From positions 1-64,000 of IMG/VR virus record IMGVR_UViG_3300042503_000209: a stretch of 64,000 nt of DNA; one strand, written 5' to 3'. The DNA is from a virus. Below are positions 36,158 to 46,800 of this stretch, in pieces. Numbering within the stretch: position 1 is the first letter of the stretch; the number at the start of each line of letters is the position of its first letter. Position numbers and translations under genes: made by a program. The notes beneath the pieces are model-generated. The model was not told where the DNA came from. It ran no database searches and was given only the letters and a program-made list of their open reading frames with translations.

Positions 36158-36194
36158 AACAAGTAGGATGTAGAAATGCATCCTACTTGTTTTT
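36158..36194 (+). terminator. intrinsic terminator
   Basis: aacaagtaggatgt-agaaat-gcatcctacttgttttt. Confidence 0.8.
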
Positions 36195-36206
36195 AAATTT
36201 AAATAT

Positions 36207-36542
36207 ATGAACTACTATATATTAAACGAAGATAAAACATTTACAATGTTACCTGATGGAGAATATCCAAAAGAAGAAGTATTTACAGATCCACGTATTG
36301 CACTTAATGTAATAGGTGACCAAAGAATATCTACAGTGTTTTTACACTTTGATCATGGTCTTAACTTTGGGCAAAAAGATAAAGTTTATCCACCAGTATT
36401 ATTTGAGTCTATGATATTTAAAGGTCCACATGATCAGTATCAACGTAGATACCATACTTATGACGAAGCTTTAGAAGGACACAATAACTTAGTTAAAGCT
36501 TTAGAAGAGGAAAAACATCCTGACTTTTACTTTAACGATTAA
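36207..36542 (+). CDS. conserved phage hypothetical protein
   Basis: ISTVFLHFDH..LFESMIF..QRRYHTYDEALEGH motif. Confidence 0.75.
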   Translation: MNYYILNEDKTFTMLPDGEYPKEEVFTDPRIALNVIGDQRISTVFLHFDHGLNFGQKDKVYPPVLFESMIFKGPHDQYQRRYHTYDEALEGHNNLVKALEEEKHPDFYFND

Positions 36543-36554
36543 ACTTAACACAAA

Positions 36555-37154
36555 ATGATTATAGGAATTTCAGGATACTCTGGATCTGGAAAAGATCTAG
36601 TGGGTACTATTATACAAGAGATTAGCCTAAACAAATGGCATATTAAGAAGTGGGCTGGTAAACTAAAAACCATTGCTTCTATACTTACAGGTATTCCTGT
36701 AGAAAACTTTGAGGATCAAGAGTTTAAAAAAACATTATTAGGTCCTGAATGGGGTACAGTTAAAGATATTCCTTTAAATAGTGTACCAGCATTTGCTGAC
36801 ATGCAGTTTAATAGTTTAATAACTGTTAGAGACTTTCTACAAAAACTAGGTACAGAAGCTATCAGAGATAGCTTGCATGAAAATACTTGGGTAAATGCTA
36901 CTATGGTTGATTATACAGTTGAATCTAACTGGATTATTACAGATACACGTTTTCCTAATGAAGCAGAAGCTATTAAAAAAGCCGGTGGTATTGTTGTCCG
37001 TATAAACAGACCAGGTGTACAACCTATTAATCCACATCCATCTGAAACTAGTCTTGATGACTGGAACTTTGATGCTGTAATTAATAACGATGGTGATGTA
37101 TCAGATATTGTACACAAAGTTGGCTTATTACTTTACAGACATAATATTAAATAA
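36555..37154 (+). CDS. deoxynucleoside monophosphate kinase
   Basis: GISGYSGSGKD, RDFLQKLGTE, ITDTRFPNE and HPSE. Confidence 0.9.
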   Translation: MIIGISGYSGSGKDLVGTIIQEISLNKWHIKKWAGKLKTIASILTGIPVENFEDQEFKKTLLGPEWGTVKDIPLNSVPAFADMQFNSLITVRDFLQKLGTEAIRDSLHENTWVNATMVDYTVESNWIITDTRFPNEAEAIKKAGGIVVRINRPGVQPINPHPSETSLDDWNFDAVINNDGDVSDIVHKVGLLLYRHNIK

Positions 37155-38008
37155 TGAAGATCATTCATCAAAAAACTAAAACTTTAATCACCCGAGACAA
37201 TGGAAGAAGTTCAGACGCAGTTAGTCCGAACTTCATCTATGGGTGTTTAGGTGGTTGTATGAATTCCTATTGTTATGTAGGTAGATATAACCATGATAAA
37301 GTGTATGTAAATGAAAATACAGATGATATTCTACACTCTGTTTATGATTGGCTAGTAACTAAACCATGGCCTAAAGTTCCTAATCAGTGTGACGAAAAGT
37401 ATTACACTATAGATATAGGCTGCAGTACTGATGTAGCTTTAATGAGTAAACATTATAACTGGCAAAATGTATTTGATTGGTTTGATTTTCACAAAATGGC
37501 TAAGAGTACATTTGCTACCAAGTATCCCACTATGTTTCTTCCTAATGAAAAGTTTGTATTTCATCCGGATAAACACCGGATCAGGGTAAGTCTGATGCCT
37601 CAGCTTTATTCTGATGTATTAGAACCAGGTACAGATACTATAGAAGAACGTATTTGGAGTATACCTAGGTTACAGCAGTATATGGAAGTACATATTAACT
37701 TTAGCCCAATTGTTTATACAGATGGTTGGTTACATGAGTACCGTAAACTATTTCAACAACTAAAAGCTGCTAATGTAGATGTTAAGTGTGAATGTATATT
37801 TCTTACACACAACGTACATCAACATGAGCGTAACTCTGATATAGTAAGAGATCTACTCTGGCGTCCTGACATACAAGAATCTAAAGATTCTCAGTATGCT
37901 GCTGACAATATTCGTTACCAGTGGCAGCTTAAGAAAGAAATGATCAATCAGTTTACTAAACTTTACTCAGAGTTCTTTGATCCCGCTAACATTAGATATA
38001 TATTTTAA
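37154..38008 (+). CDS. spore photoproduct lyase-like radical SAM protein
   Basis: NGRSSDAVSPN..GCLGGCMNSYCYV, DIGCSTD, FATK, RIRVSLMP and EVHINFSP. Confidence 0.75.
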   Translation: MKIIHQKTKTLITRDNGRSSDAVSPNFIYGCLGGCMNSYCYVGRYNHDKVYVNENTDDILHSVYDWLVTKPWPKVPNQCDEKYYTIDIGCSTDVALMSKHYNWQNVFDWFDFHKMAKSTFATKYPTMFLPNEKFVFHPDKHRIRVSLMPQLYSDVLEPGTDTIEERIWSIPRLQQYMEVHINFSPIVYTDGWLHEYRKLFQQLKAANVDVKCECIFLTHNVHQHERNSDIVRDLLWRPDIQESKDSQYAADNIRYQWQLKKEMINQFTKLYSEFFDPANIRYIF

Positions 38009-38010
38009 CT

Positions 38011-38127
38011 ATGAAACTCATTGTAAAAGAAGGAAGCTATGAAGCTGATACCCTATGGGGTATAATAGTAGAAGTCTTGAAACACAGATTTTGGCATCTT
38101 AGAAAACACGGTAAATGGATGGACTAA
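38011..38127 (+). CDS. small hypothetical protein (38 aa)
   Basis: Manual translation MKLIVKEGSYEADTLWG...; TAATG coupling to the next gene. Confidence 0.55.
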   Translation: MKLIVKEGSYEADTLWGIIVEVLKHRFWHLRKHGKWMD

Positions 38128-38354
38128 TGAAAAGACAAACTCCTGTAGAAAGACTAGCAGACTATGTACGGTCAAGGTATGAAACAACTGAAGTGTTTAA
38201 CAATCTGGTAACCAATCTGTTACATAGAGAAATGCTACAACGTGTTGAAGACTACAATGCAGGTCATGCTGATGGTCTATGCAATCATGTTAATGATGCT
38301 ACCAATTATATAAACGAACAAAACTATTTAAAAGATGAAGATACTACACATTAG
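38127..38354 (+). CDS. hypothetical protein
   Basis: MKRQTPVERL...; start coupled to the upstream stop. Confidence 0.65.
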   Translation: MKRQTPVERLADYVRSRYETTEVFNNLVTNLLHREMLQRVEDYNAGHADGLCNHVNDATNYINEQNYLKDEDTTH

Positions 38355-39024
38355 TGATACCCATGGGTTCCATTATCAATTTCCTGAAACAACTTGGGAT
38401 GGTGTTGATGTAGTAGTCCATAGTGGAGATTGTTCTAATTACTATGATGTATTTAGAAACGAACAGGAAGTATGGGATTTTATTGACTGGTATAAAGGTG
38501 TACCCGTAAAGTATAAAATATACGTAGCGGGTAACCATGACACCTCTATAGAAAGGAAACGAATAACAAAAAAGGATTTTGAAGAACGTGGTCTCATCTA
38601 CTTGGAAGATAGCTTTGTAAATATAGACGGAGTTAAGTTTTATGGCACACCTATTACACCTACATTTGGTCAATGGGCATTCATGAAAGCCAGAGATAAA
38701 ACTCACCATGTATGGGAAGCTATCCCAGAAGACACCGGGGTCTTAATTGTCCATGGTCCTCCTAAAAGCATACGAGACTTATCGTATGACAGACATGGAC
38801 AGCTAGAGTTCTGTGGAGATAATGCACTTCTAAAGAGATGTATGGCTCTAAAGAACACATTAAAGTTTATGTGTTTTGGTCATATTCACAATATGGATGG
38901 AGTTTTAAACCAGGGAACTTCTACCTTTGCTACAACACAAACTGTCTTTTCTAACGCAGCTTGTGTAGACGATGGTAGGTTTGACCGAGGCTTAACTTCT
39001 TTTGGTAATGTCCTAGAAATTTAA
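38335..39024 (+). CDS. calcineurin-like metallophosphoesterase
   Basis: SDTH, HSGD, AGNHD, HGPP and FGHIH. Confidence 0.9.
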   Translation: MKILHISDTHGFHYQFPETTWDGVDVVVHSGDCSNYYDVFRNEQEVWDFIDWYKGVPVKYKIYVAGNHDTSIERKRITKKDFEERGLIYLEDSFVNIDGVKFYGTPITPTFGQWAFMKARDKTHHVWEAIPEDTGVLIVHGPPKSIRDLSYDRHGQLEFCGDNALLKRCMALKNTLKFMCFGHIHNMDGVLNQGTSTFATTQTVFSNAACVDDGRFDRGLTSFGNVLEI

Positions 39025-39042
39025 TAACTTTAATAAGTAACT

Positions 39043-39270
39043 ATGAAAGATTTATGTGTATCATGCGGTGCAGAAACCGCATACGAAGTGTCTACTCATG
39101 TTGATATGAGGAACGCATATATAGAAGGTGTAGGCCAACTATGTAGTAAATGTTTTACCTCTGGTACCAATCGTAATCATATTCTTGTACCAGAAGTCAC
39201 AATCATTAACACACCAAACAATAGTGAGCTTGGTGCTAAAGTGAGGGAGATCTATCATGAAACGAAGTGA
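39043..39270 (+). CDS. small Zn-finger protein
   Basis: CVSC..YIEGVGQLCSKC. Confidence 0.7.
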   Translation: MKDLCVSCGAETAYEVSTHVDMRNAYIEGVGQLCSKCFTSGTNRNHILVPEVTIINTPNNSELGAKVREIYHETK

Positions 39271-39511
39271 TGATCTTGTTAAAACTCTTATTGACCAAAT
39301 GTTCATCATAGCAGGGCATGAGCTCCGCTATGATGACGTTATTGGTAGAAAAGATAACTGGTTTCAGCAATACACTATGACAGAAACTCAAAGAGATGAG
39401 TGGAAAGAATGGGGTATATCTTATATTCGTAAAAAGAAACGATGGAGTAAAAAGCTAGCTGAAAGAGAGATGGCTTTTCTAGATCTTTATTGTGGATTAA
39501 AAACAGCTTAA
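39257..39511 (+). CDS. hypothetical protein
   Basis: 84-aa ORF. Confidence 0.7.
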   Translation: MKRSDDLVKTLIDQMFIIAGHELRYDDVIGRKDNWFQQYTMTETQRDEWKEWGISYIRKKKRWSKKLAEREMAFLDLYCGLKTA

Positions 39512-39512
39512 C

Positions 39513-39773
39513 ATGAAAAAATACATAAGTGCAGTGCTTAGTATAGGCACTGTAGGTATACTATTTTATACACTCTTTGATTTAAGACAACAAGTTAGCT
39601 CTTTAAAAAAAGAGTTAGTAGTTGTTACGGCTCAAAAAGATAGTTTGTATGATGAAAATTTTATAAAGCATGTACAGCTTGATAGGTATGAATTATCAGT
39701 AGATTATTTACTGACTAAAAATCCTAACGCTGCTTTACAATTAATAAATTATATGAACCATGAAACGGAATAA
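39513..39773 (+). CDS. TM plus coiled-coil protein
   Basis: 86-aa ORF. Confidence 0.7.
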   Translation: MKKYISAVLSIGTVGILFYTLFDLRQQVSSLKKELVVVTAQKDSLYDENFIKHVQLDRYELSVDYLLTKNPNAALQLINYMNHETE

Positions 39774-39864
39774 ATGGAACTGGGACTTTATCTTTGTATG
39801 GATAGTAATAGCTGCTACAAGTTTTACTCTTTGGTACAATATTATAAAGTTCTTTACACGATAA
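39760..39864 (+). CDS. small single-TM peptide (34 aa)
   Basis: Manual translation MKRNKWNWDFIFVWIVIAATSFTLWYNIIKFFTR. Confidence 0.45.
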   Translation: MKRNKWNWDFIFVWIVIAATSFTLWYNIIKFFTR

Positions 39865-39867
39865 ACC

Positions 39868-40134
39868 ATGAATAATTTTATATACAGACTTACAAGACTT
39901 AACGATGGTCTTGTTAAAGAAGGTACACAACTAGCTTGGATTAATTACAAACTAACTGGTAACTCAATATATAAAAGAATAGCAAAAGGTAGAGGTTTAG
40001 TTATTTATAGAAGCATGGGAAGCTATTGGCAAACTACACTAGTCCAGTCTTATAAAAAACTAGAAGATGGTACAATAATGTTTACTACAGAAAATAGTGA
40101 TTATAAATTAGAAAAAATAAAGAAAGAAAAATGA
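39868..40134 (+). CDS. hypothetical protein
   Basis: WQTTLV..FTTENSDYKL motif common in phage proteins. Confidence 0.7.
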   Translation: MNNFIYRLTRLNDGLVKEGTQLAWINYKLTGNSIYKRIAKGRGLVIYRSMGSYWQTTLVQSYKKLEDGTIMFTTENSDYKLEKIKKEK

Positions 40135-41126
40135 GCTTAGAAGACAAGAAAAAAAACATTTTTGAACCTAGAGTAAACATCCTACCCTATGAGTATCCAC
40201 AACTATTAGCATACAAAGATGCTATCCGTCACTCATATTGGATTGATACTGAGTACAACTTTACTACAGACATTGACGACTTTAGAGTCAAGGTGACTGA
40301 TGAGGAAAGAGAAGTGATCAAAAGAACAATGCTAGCCATTGCTCAGATTGAAGTTAACGTTAAGACCTTTTGGGCTGACTTGTATAAGAGAATGCCTATC
40401 ACTGAGATCGGTGATGTAGGCATGACGTTTGCAGAGTCTGAGGTGAGACACAAAGATGCTTATGCTAGACTACTTAGAATCTTAGGATTAGAAGAAGAGT
40501 TTAGAACAGTAATTGAAATACCAGCTATTGAGGGTAGAATCAAATACCTAAAGAAGTATCTTGACGGATCTCGTAGTAAAGACAATAAGATGTACACCAA
40601 AAGTGTTCTTCTTTTCTCTCTGTTCATTGAGCACGTAAGCTTATTCAGCCAGTTCTTGATCATGATGTCTTTCAACAAAGAGAAGAACTTATTCAAAGGT
40701 ATCTCTAACGTGGTAGAAGCTACTTCTAAAGAAGAGGATATCCACGGTAACTTTGGAGCTGAGCTGATTAATATAGTCAGATCAGAAAACCCAGAATGGT
40801 TTGACGAAGAGTTTGAAGAACTAATTTATTCTGCTTGTAACAAAGCTTACATTGCAGAGTGTGACATCTTAGACTGGATCTTTGAAAAAGGTGAGCTTGA
40901 CTTTCTTCCTAAAGAAAACATTAGACAGTTTATTATGAACAGGTTTAATAACTCTCTTGCAAAGATTGGTATGAAACCATTGTTCTATGTAGAGAATACC
41001 TTACTAGAACAGACTCATTGGTTTGACGTAGAGATTACAGCTACTAAAGAAGGGGACTTCTTTTACAAGAAACAAATTGATTACAATAAAAAATCTAAAG
41101 CAATCACAGAAGATGACCTATTCTAA
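40131..41126 (+). CDS. nrdB: ribonucleotide reductase class I beta subunit (class Id-like)
   Basis: AIAQIEVNVKTFW, EVRHKDAY, IEHVSLFSQF, EEDIHG and DFF..ITEDDLF. Confidence 0.92.
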   Translation: MSLEDKKKNIFEPRVNILPYEYPQLLAYKDAIRHSYWIDTEYNFTTDIDDFRVKVTDEEREVIKRTMLAIAQIEVNVKTFWADLYKRMPITEIGDVGMTFAESEVRHKDAYARLLRILGLEEEFRTVIEIPAIEGRIKYLKKYLDGSRSKDNKMYTKSVLLFSLFIEHVSLFSQFLIMMSFNKEKNLFKGISNVVEATSKEEDIHGNFGAELINIVRSENPEWFDEEFEELIYSACNKAYIAECDILDWIFEKGELDFLPKENIRQFIMNRFNNSLAKIGMKPLFYVENTLLEQTHWFDVEITATKEGDFFYKKQIDYNKKSKAITEDDLF

Positions 41127-42738
41127 CTACTATTGGCTTAATGATGAAAGCCGCAAGTTCCTCTCAAGAGGTTACATTACAGAATCACCTGAACAAAGAA
41201 TTAAAGACATAGCTAGAACTGCTGAGAAGCATCTTAGTATTAATGGTTTTGCACAAAAGTTTGAAGACTATATGAGCCGTGGGTTCTACAGCTTATCTAC
41301 TCCAGTGTGGATTAACTTTGGTAAGCAGAAAGGTTTACCTATTAGCTGTTATGGATCTAACGTAGACGACAATCTAGACAGCATTCTTAACGCAGGTCGT
41401 GAGATTGGTATGATGTCTAAGTACGGTGGAGGTACTAGTGTATACCTGGGAAACATCCGGGCCCGGGGAACAGTAATTTCTACAGGAGGTACTGCAGATG
41501 GACCTGTACACTATGCACGTATATACGATACAGTGGTAGATGTTTGTAAACAGTCTGAAGCAAGACGTGGAGCATGTGCTGCATACTTACCAGTAGAGCA
41601 TCCAGACATCATGGAATTCTTAGATATTGGTACAGAAGGTAACCTTATCCAAAATCTTCAATATGGTGTGACAGTTGGTGACGCTTGGTTAGAAGAGATG
41701 AAAGCAGGGGACCCTGAAAAACGTAAGATCTGGGCAAAGATTATTCAGAGACGTAATGAGTTCGGCTTTCCTTACATCATGTTTAAAGATAACTCTAATA
41801 ATAACTCTCCTTATAAAGAGTTAGATATGGAGATTACAGCAAGTAATTTATGCTCTGAGATCCAGTTACCTACAGATAGTTACAACTCTTTTGTATGTTG
41901 TCTTGGATCTATAAATCTATTACACTGGGACGAAATTAAACAGACAGATGCTATTGAAACATACACTCTGTTTCTTAATGCAGTAATTGATGAGTTCATT
42001 ACTAAAGCTGCTACACTTCCCGGTATGTCTAGGGCCCACAGATTTGCTAAAAACCACAGAGCTATTGGTCTTGGTGTATTAGGATACCACTCTTATTTGC
42101 AATCTAAGCTTGTTGAATTTGAATCTATGCACGCTAAGATGTTAAACGTAGAAATCTTTAAAACTATTAAAGAAAGATCTGACAATACATCTAAGATGCT
42201 TCATGATGCTAAAGGAATAACATCCATTAGACCAGGTTACGCTAACACAACCTTAGTTGCTATAGCACCTACTAAGTCTAGTTCATTTATCCATGGACAA
42301 GTTAGTATGGGTATTGAGCCTATTAAGTCTAACTACTTTATTAAAGACTTAGCTAAAAGTAAGACCGTCTATAAGAACCCTTTCTTAGAAGAAGAGCTTG
42401 AGAAGCATGGTCTTAACACACCAGAGACTTGGGAAAGCATTCTAAAGAAAGACGGTTCGGTACAACACTTAGACTTCCCTACTAAAGCAGTATTTAAATC
42501 CTTTATAGAGATTAGTCCTAAAGAGATTATCATTCAAGCTGCTGCAAGACAGAAGTTTATTGATCAGTCTCAATCTTTGAACCTAATGATTCACCCTAGT
42601 ATTCCAGCTAAAGACATCAACCAGTTGTATCTATTTGCTCACGAGCAAGGTGTAAAGACACTATACTATCAGTTCAGTATAAGTAGTGCTCAATCATTTA
42701 CAAGAAACATCCTAGAATGTGCTAGCTGTGAGGGATAA
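41113..42738 (+). CDS. nrdA: ribonucleotide reductase class I alpha subunit (short, no ATP cone)
   Basis: PISC, SNLCSEI, APTKSSS, DQSQSLN, KTLYY and C-terminal CASCEG. Confidence 0.95.
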   Translation: MTYSNYYWLNDESRKFLSRGYITESPEQRIKDIARTAEKHLSINGFAQKFEDYMSRGFYSLSTPVWINFGKQKGLPISCYGSNVDDNLDSILNAGREIGMMSKYGGGTSVYLGNIRARGTVISTGGTADGPVHYARIYDTVVDVCKQSEARRGACAAYLPVEHPDIMEFLDIGTEGNLIQNLQYGVTVGDAWLEEMKAGDPEKRKIWAKIIQRRNEFGFPYIMFKDNSNNNSPYKELDMEITASNLCSEIQLPTDSYNSFVCCLGSINLLHWDEIKQTDAIETYTLFLNAVIDEFITKAATLPGMSRAHRFAKNHRAIGLGVLGYHSYLQSKLVEFESMHAKMLNVEIFKTIKERSDNTSKMLHDAKGITSIRPGYANTTLVAIAPTKSSSFIHGQVSMGIEPIKSNYFIKDLAKSKTVYKNPFLEEELEKHGLNTPETWESILKKDGSVQHLDFPTKAVFKSFIEISPKEIIIQAAARQKFIDQSQSLNLMIHPSIPAKDINQLYLFAHEQGVKTLYYQFSISSAQSFTRNILECASCEG

Positions 42739-42769
42739 TTTAGTAACTTTATATAATTAAAAAACAATC

Positions 42770-43072
42770 ATGGAAAATTTCGATACACTTATTAATAACG
42801 TAGTAGGATGGGCAGCAGATAAAAACATCTTGAAGCCTGAGAACGCACCTAAGCAAATGCTTAAAGTGATGGAAGAAGTTGGTGAAACAGCCGGTGCACT
42901 AGCTAAGAACAAGCAAGAAGAGCTTAAAGATGGTATAGGTGACGCATTTGTCACTCTAATCATTCTAGCTAAGCAAGTAGGTATGGAACCTGCAGACTGT
43001 CTAGAAGCAGCTTGGAATGAGATTAAAAGCCGTACAGGTAAAACTGTTAACGGTGTATTTATTAAAGACTAG
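42770..43072 (+). CDS. MazG-like NTP pyrophosphohydrolase
   Basis: KVMEEVGE..DGIGDAFVTL..AWNEIKSRTG. Confidence 0.85.
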   Translation: MENFDTLINNVVGWAADKNILKPENAPKQMLKVMEEVGETAGALAKNKQEELKDGIGDAFVTLIILAKQVGMEPADCLEAAWNEIKSRTGKTVNGVFIKD

Positions 43073-43075
43073 TAT

Positions 43076-43216
43076 ATGATTAAAACACATTTAGATGTAG
43101 AAGATCTCTATGTAAAAAGAATTGTTAAAAGAGCTGTTAGAAGACTTAGATGTAAAGGCATTAGATTAATAATGAGACAATCTAAAGAATCAGCACTCAA
43201 TATAGACTGGTTATGA
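43076..43216 (+). CDS. small basic protein (46 aa)
   Basis: Manual translation MIKTHLDVEDLYVKRIVKRAVRRL...; ATGA overlap with the next gene. Confidence 0.5.
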   Translation: MIKTHLDVEDLYVKRIVKRAVRRLRCKGIRLIMRQSKESALNIDWL

Positions 43217-43653
43217 AAAAAGCATTATACCTAGATGATCAGCGTACACCTACTGATACTCTTCCTAATTACGAGCCTTGGTATGTAGTGAGAAACTATA
43301 ACGAGTTTGTAGACTGGATTAGTAAAAACGGTATGCCTGATTTTGTATCATTTGATCATGATCTAGCAGAAGAACATATAGAAGACTTCTTCAAACAAAA
43401 ATTATCACAGGGGTACCAGCATCCTAATTATGCAGAGTACACTGAGAAGACTGGTCTAGACTGTGCTAAATGGTTAGTAGATTATTGTCAAAGCAATAAC
43501 ATTCCTATATGTGGTTGTTCTGTACATAGTCATAATCCTGTAGGAGCTAGCAACATACATAGTTTGATCAACGGATTTAAAAAACACTTGGGCTTACCAG
43601 AAGATTGCTACATCGGTAAACACCCATTCACAGTAGAAACAAAAACCAAATAA
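43213..43653 (+). CDS. cyclic-phosphate-processing receiver-like domain protein
   Basis: LYLDDQRTP, SFDHDL, TGLDCAKWL and HSHNPVG. Confidence 0.75.
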   Translation: MKKALYLDDQRTPTDTLPNYEPWYVVRNYNEFVDWISKNGMPDFVSFDHDLAEEHIEDFFKQKLSQGYQHPNYAEYTEKTGLDCAKWLVDYCQSNNIPICGCSVHSHNPVGASNIHSLINGFKKHLGLPEDCYIGKHPFTVETKTK

Positions 43654-43656
43654 TAT

Positions 43657-43824
43657 ATGAAGAAGTACGGAGTTGAATTTCATTTCTTTAGTCCATCAAG
43701 AATATGTCTTGGACTAGAGTTCTTACAAGGAATTATACATGAAGAGTCAGGAGACAGCTATTACAAAGAGTTAGTAATAGGTTTCTTTTTCTTTCATATA
43801 GAAATCACCCTTAGACAACAATAA
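43657..43824 (+). CDS. small hypothetical protein (55 aa)
   Basis: Manual translation MKKYGVEFHFFSP... Confidence 0.55.
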   Translation: MKKYGVEFHFFSPSRICLGLEFLQGIIHEESGDSYYKELVIGFFFFHIEITLRQQ

Positions 43825-43826
43825 AA

Positions 43827-43858
43827 CAAAAGGAGAGGCTAATAACCTCTCCTTTTTT
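43827..43858. terminator. bidirectional terminator at the strand convergence
   Basis: aaaaggagagg-ctaataa-cctctcctttttt. Confidence 0.85.
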
Positions 43859-43862
43859 ATTT

Positions 43863-46800
43863 CTATCTGATATAGAAGTTTTTAACTGTTTCAAATGATT
43901 CCCATCTATTTAAAATATTCAATGCTGGTATAACGTCAGTCATTTCTTTAAATAGTTTCAACTCACCTTTGTTTACCCCACGCTCAAAGTAGTTATCATC
44001 ATATGGAGGAAACGGCATAGCAGCAGCTGTTGCTATTATTTGACCATAGTCTCGTAGAGTAGTTAAAGCAGCAAATGGATTTTTAGCAAGTTGATACTGT
44101 TCTAAAGTACCTAATCCAGGAATAAAAGTTAATATTTCATTCTGTTGACGAGTCTGCTGATAAGTTAAGAAATTAAGAAGACGTTTCATTTGTTCATCAT
44201 CATCATCCAATCCAGAAGCTAACATATTAAATAAGTAAGCAGCTACAGCAGAAGCCATAAAGAAGCCAAGTTCAGCAATATTCTTATGCATATTTCTTAC
44301 TTCTAACTCAGACATATTCTTATACGTCTTAGACCCTGGTACAAGTGCACCTAACATACCGCCTGTCTTAGCTAAGAAACCTTGTTCAGTTTGATAAACG
44401 TGTTTCATTACATTCCAGAATGTTCTGTAACGTCCTTCTATCACACCTAAGTTTTCATTATCATATCTCTTAGCAAATCTAGCTCTAAACAAAGGATAAA
44501 CCCACTTGTGAAACTGAGCTCCTAACTCACCTAACCAGTGAGACTGAATTACCATACGATCTTCCCACGCATAGTTACCATGTATTTGTTTGTTAACTTC
44601 ATAGATGTAATTAGTAACTCTGGTACGAAAAGCTTCATCTATATCAAAACCTGGCTTAAGAGTAAGTTCGTTAGTATTTTCATCAAAGTTAAAAGCATCA
44701 TAGATGCTCATCTTTTCACCAGTATTTTTATTAGTAAGCTCAAATTTACTACTCATTGTAACAGCAATACCTGTCTTGGACTGTACGTTAAATTCACCAG
44801 CTTCTTGAAACACGTAAGCTAATTGTAAAGCATCAACTTTTCCAGAAGTTTCTTGATACTTACGAATCATTCTAAAGTATTTAACTACTGCCTCATACTT
44901 AGAGTTAGGTTTATTTAAATTATAAAGACCATCTTTAGAACCCATACCTTTCATTAGACCAGGCATATAGTCTTTATTATACTCACCAGTAGCTCTAAAA
45001 TATGCAGGACGATCAAAATAAACACCGCCATAAGCTTCTATAGCATTGTTTATTCTACCCATTACATAGTTATTTACAGCACCGAATACGTTAAAACCTA
45101 TACCTTTTAATGATGTAATGTTTTGAAGCTTAGCTGCAACTTGAGCAAATGTACTATAGTCATACTGATCATTGTTGTAGTAGACCATTTTAAACCATTT
45201 CTTAAGACGCTTATTAGCTAATGACTCTCCTTCTTTTTGATATACAGCATCAGCATCACTGCCTTTTTTCAAAAACTTTTCACCAATGCTATTAGAAACA
45301 TAGTATTTTTTCTTTTCTACAATCTTAGATATAGCTAACAAAGAAGTTTCAATATCAGACATCTGCTCAAACTTTTCTGCCATCATTCTAAAAGCAATCA
45401 AGTTTTCTACAAGGTCAGTATTAATATCATTAAAATTAATCTTAGAGTTTTCTATAGCTAAAGAAAGCTGTAATTTTTTAAGCTCTTGCTCGTACACCTC
45501 ATTGCTAATACTTTTTTCTAGTACATAAGCATTCTTAAGATCTGATATTTTTTCGTTTATTGCGTTTATACGAGCTTCATTACGAGGATCATTAGTATAA
45601 AGAATAGGTAAGTTATCTACAGGTACACCATCGTCATCTGTTAATCTTTGTGTAGAATGCACTTTACCAGATATATCAAACCAACTTCTTAGAGACTTAG
45701 TTATAGCTGTAAAAATTGATGACCCGTTTCTTTTAGCAGTGTTAATATAATTATCTTTAACTCTAGCTACCTTACCTAACATTTTTTGCTGAACGTCAAT
45801 AGGAAGCTTTTCTAATGTAGCTTTCATCTCTTTATTAAAGACTTCATAGAAGTCCTTCTGAGCACGCTCTAAATCCGTAGTAGGATTCATAAGCTTTACA
45901 TAACGTTCATCCCGCATATCTACACCAGATAATGTAGTTTCTCTAGTCTCAACGTATTTACTCTTAACAAAGTAGCCTGTTTTTAATTCTGTACGACCTC
46001 TATAAGAACCATCTTTTTCAAATATAGTTCCCATGTATTCAATACGATCATAATACTTATCTCTAAACTTTCTATAAGCTTCATCTGTAACTGTAGATTT
46101 TTTAACCCATGATAGTATTCCACGTTTAGCAGAAGGACCATGAGGCATCTCATACATAGCACGCTCATTTATAAACTCACTAGAATATCTATGATACTCT
46201 CCACTAGTAATATTATTATTAGCATCTAGTTGTTCAGCTTCTCTAAACTTTCTTACTTTATCTTTACGTCTTTGAAGTTCAATATTATATAATACATCCT
46301 CACCTTTAGCATCTTCAAGATTTTCAATAAGAATGTATTCCATCTTTTCTCCCTTATCATCTCTTAAAAGACCGTAAATTTCTTTTTTAAGATCATAATA
46401 CTTTTGACCTATAGCTTGTAAATATCTACCACTAAAGTTGCCGTCTTTGTCGTAGTTAAGCATGAATGAAAAGTCAATCTTACCTCCAAAAGCTGCAGCT
46501 AATTTATTACCTATAGATTTAATCTTGATTATAAATTCATCTGTACGGTTCATAGCTTTTTGATTAGCTTCCGTATATAGATTAGCTGCTATAGCTAAGA
46601 GTCTTTCTTTACTATTCTGAAGATCACCTAAAGCATATTGATCTAAACTAATATCAAAACCTTCTTTAAGGATCTTGGTAAGTTCTTCTTCTGTTAGAGA
46701 AGCATTAGATTTTTTAGAAATCAAATCCTTAACATATGCTTCTAAAGCTGGATTGATTTCATCTTTTACAGCGTTAAGTAAACTTTGTACCTCACGCATA

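Noticed and set aside
33364-42738. Introns or inteins in polB, nrdA or nrdB
   Set aside because: The ORFs are continuous, of normal length and lack intein or homing-endonuclease motifs.
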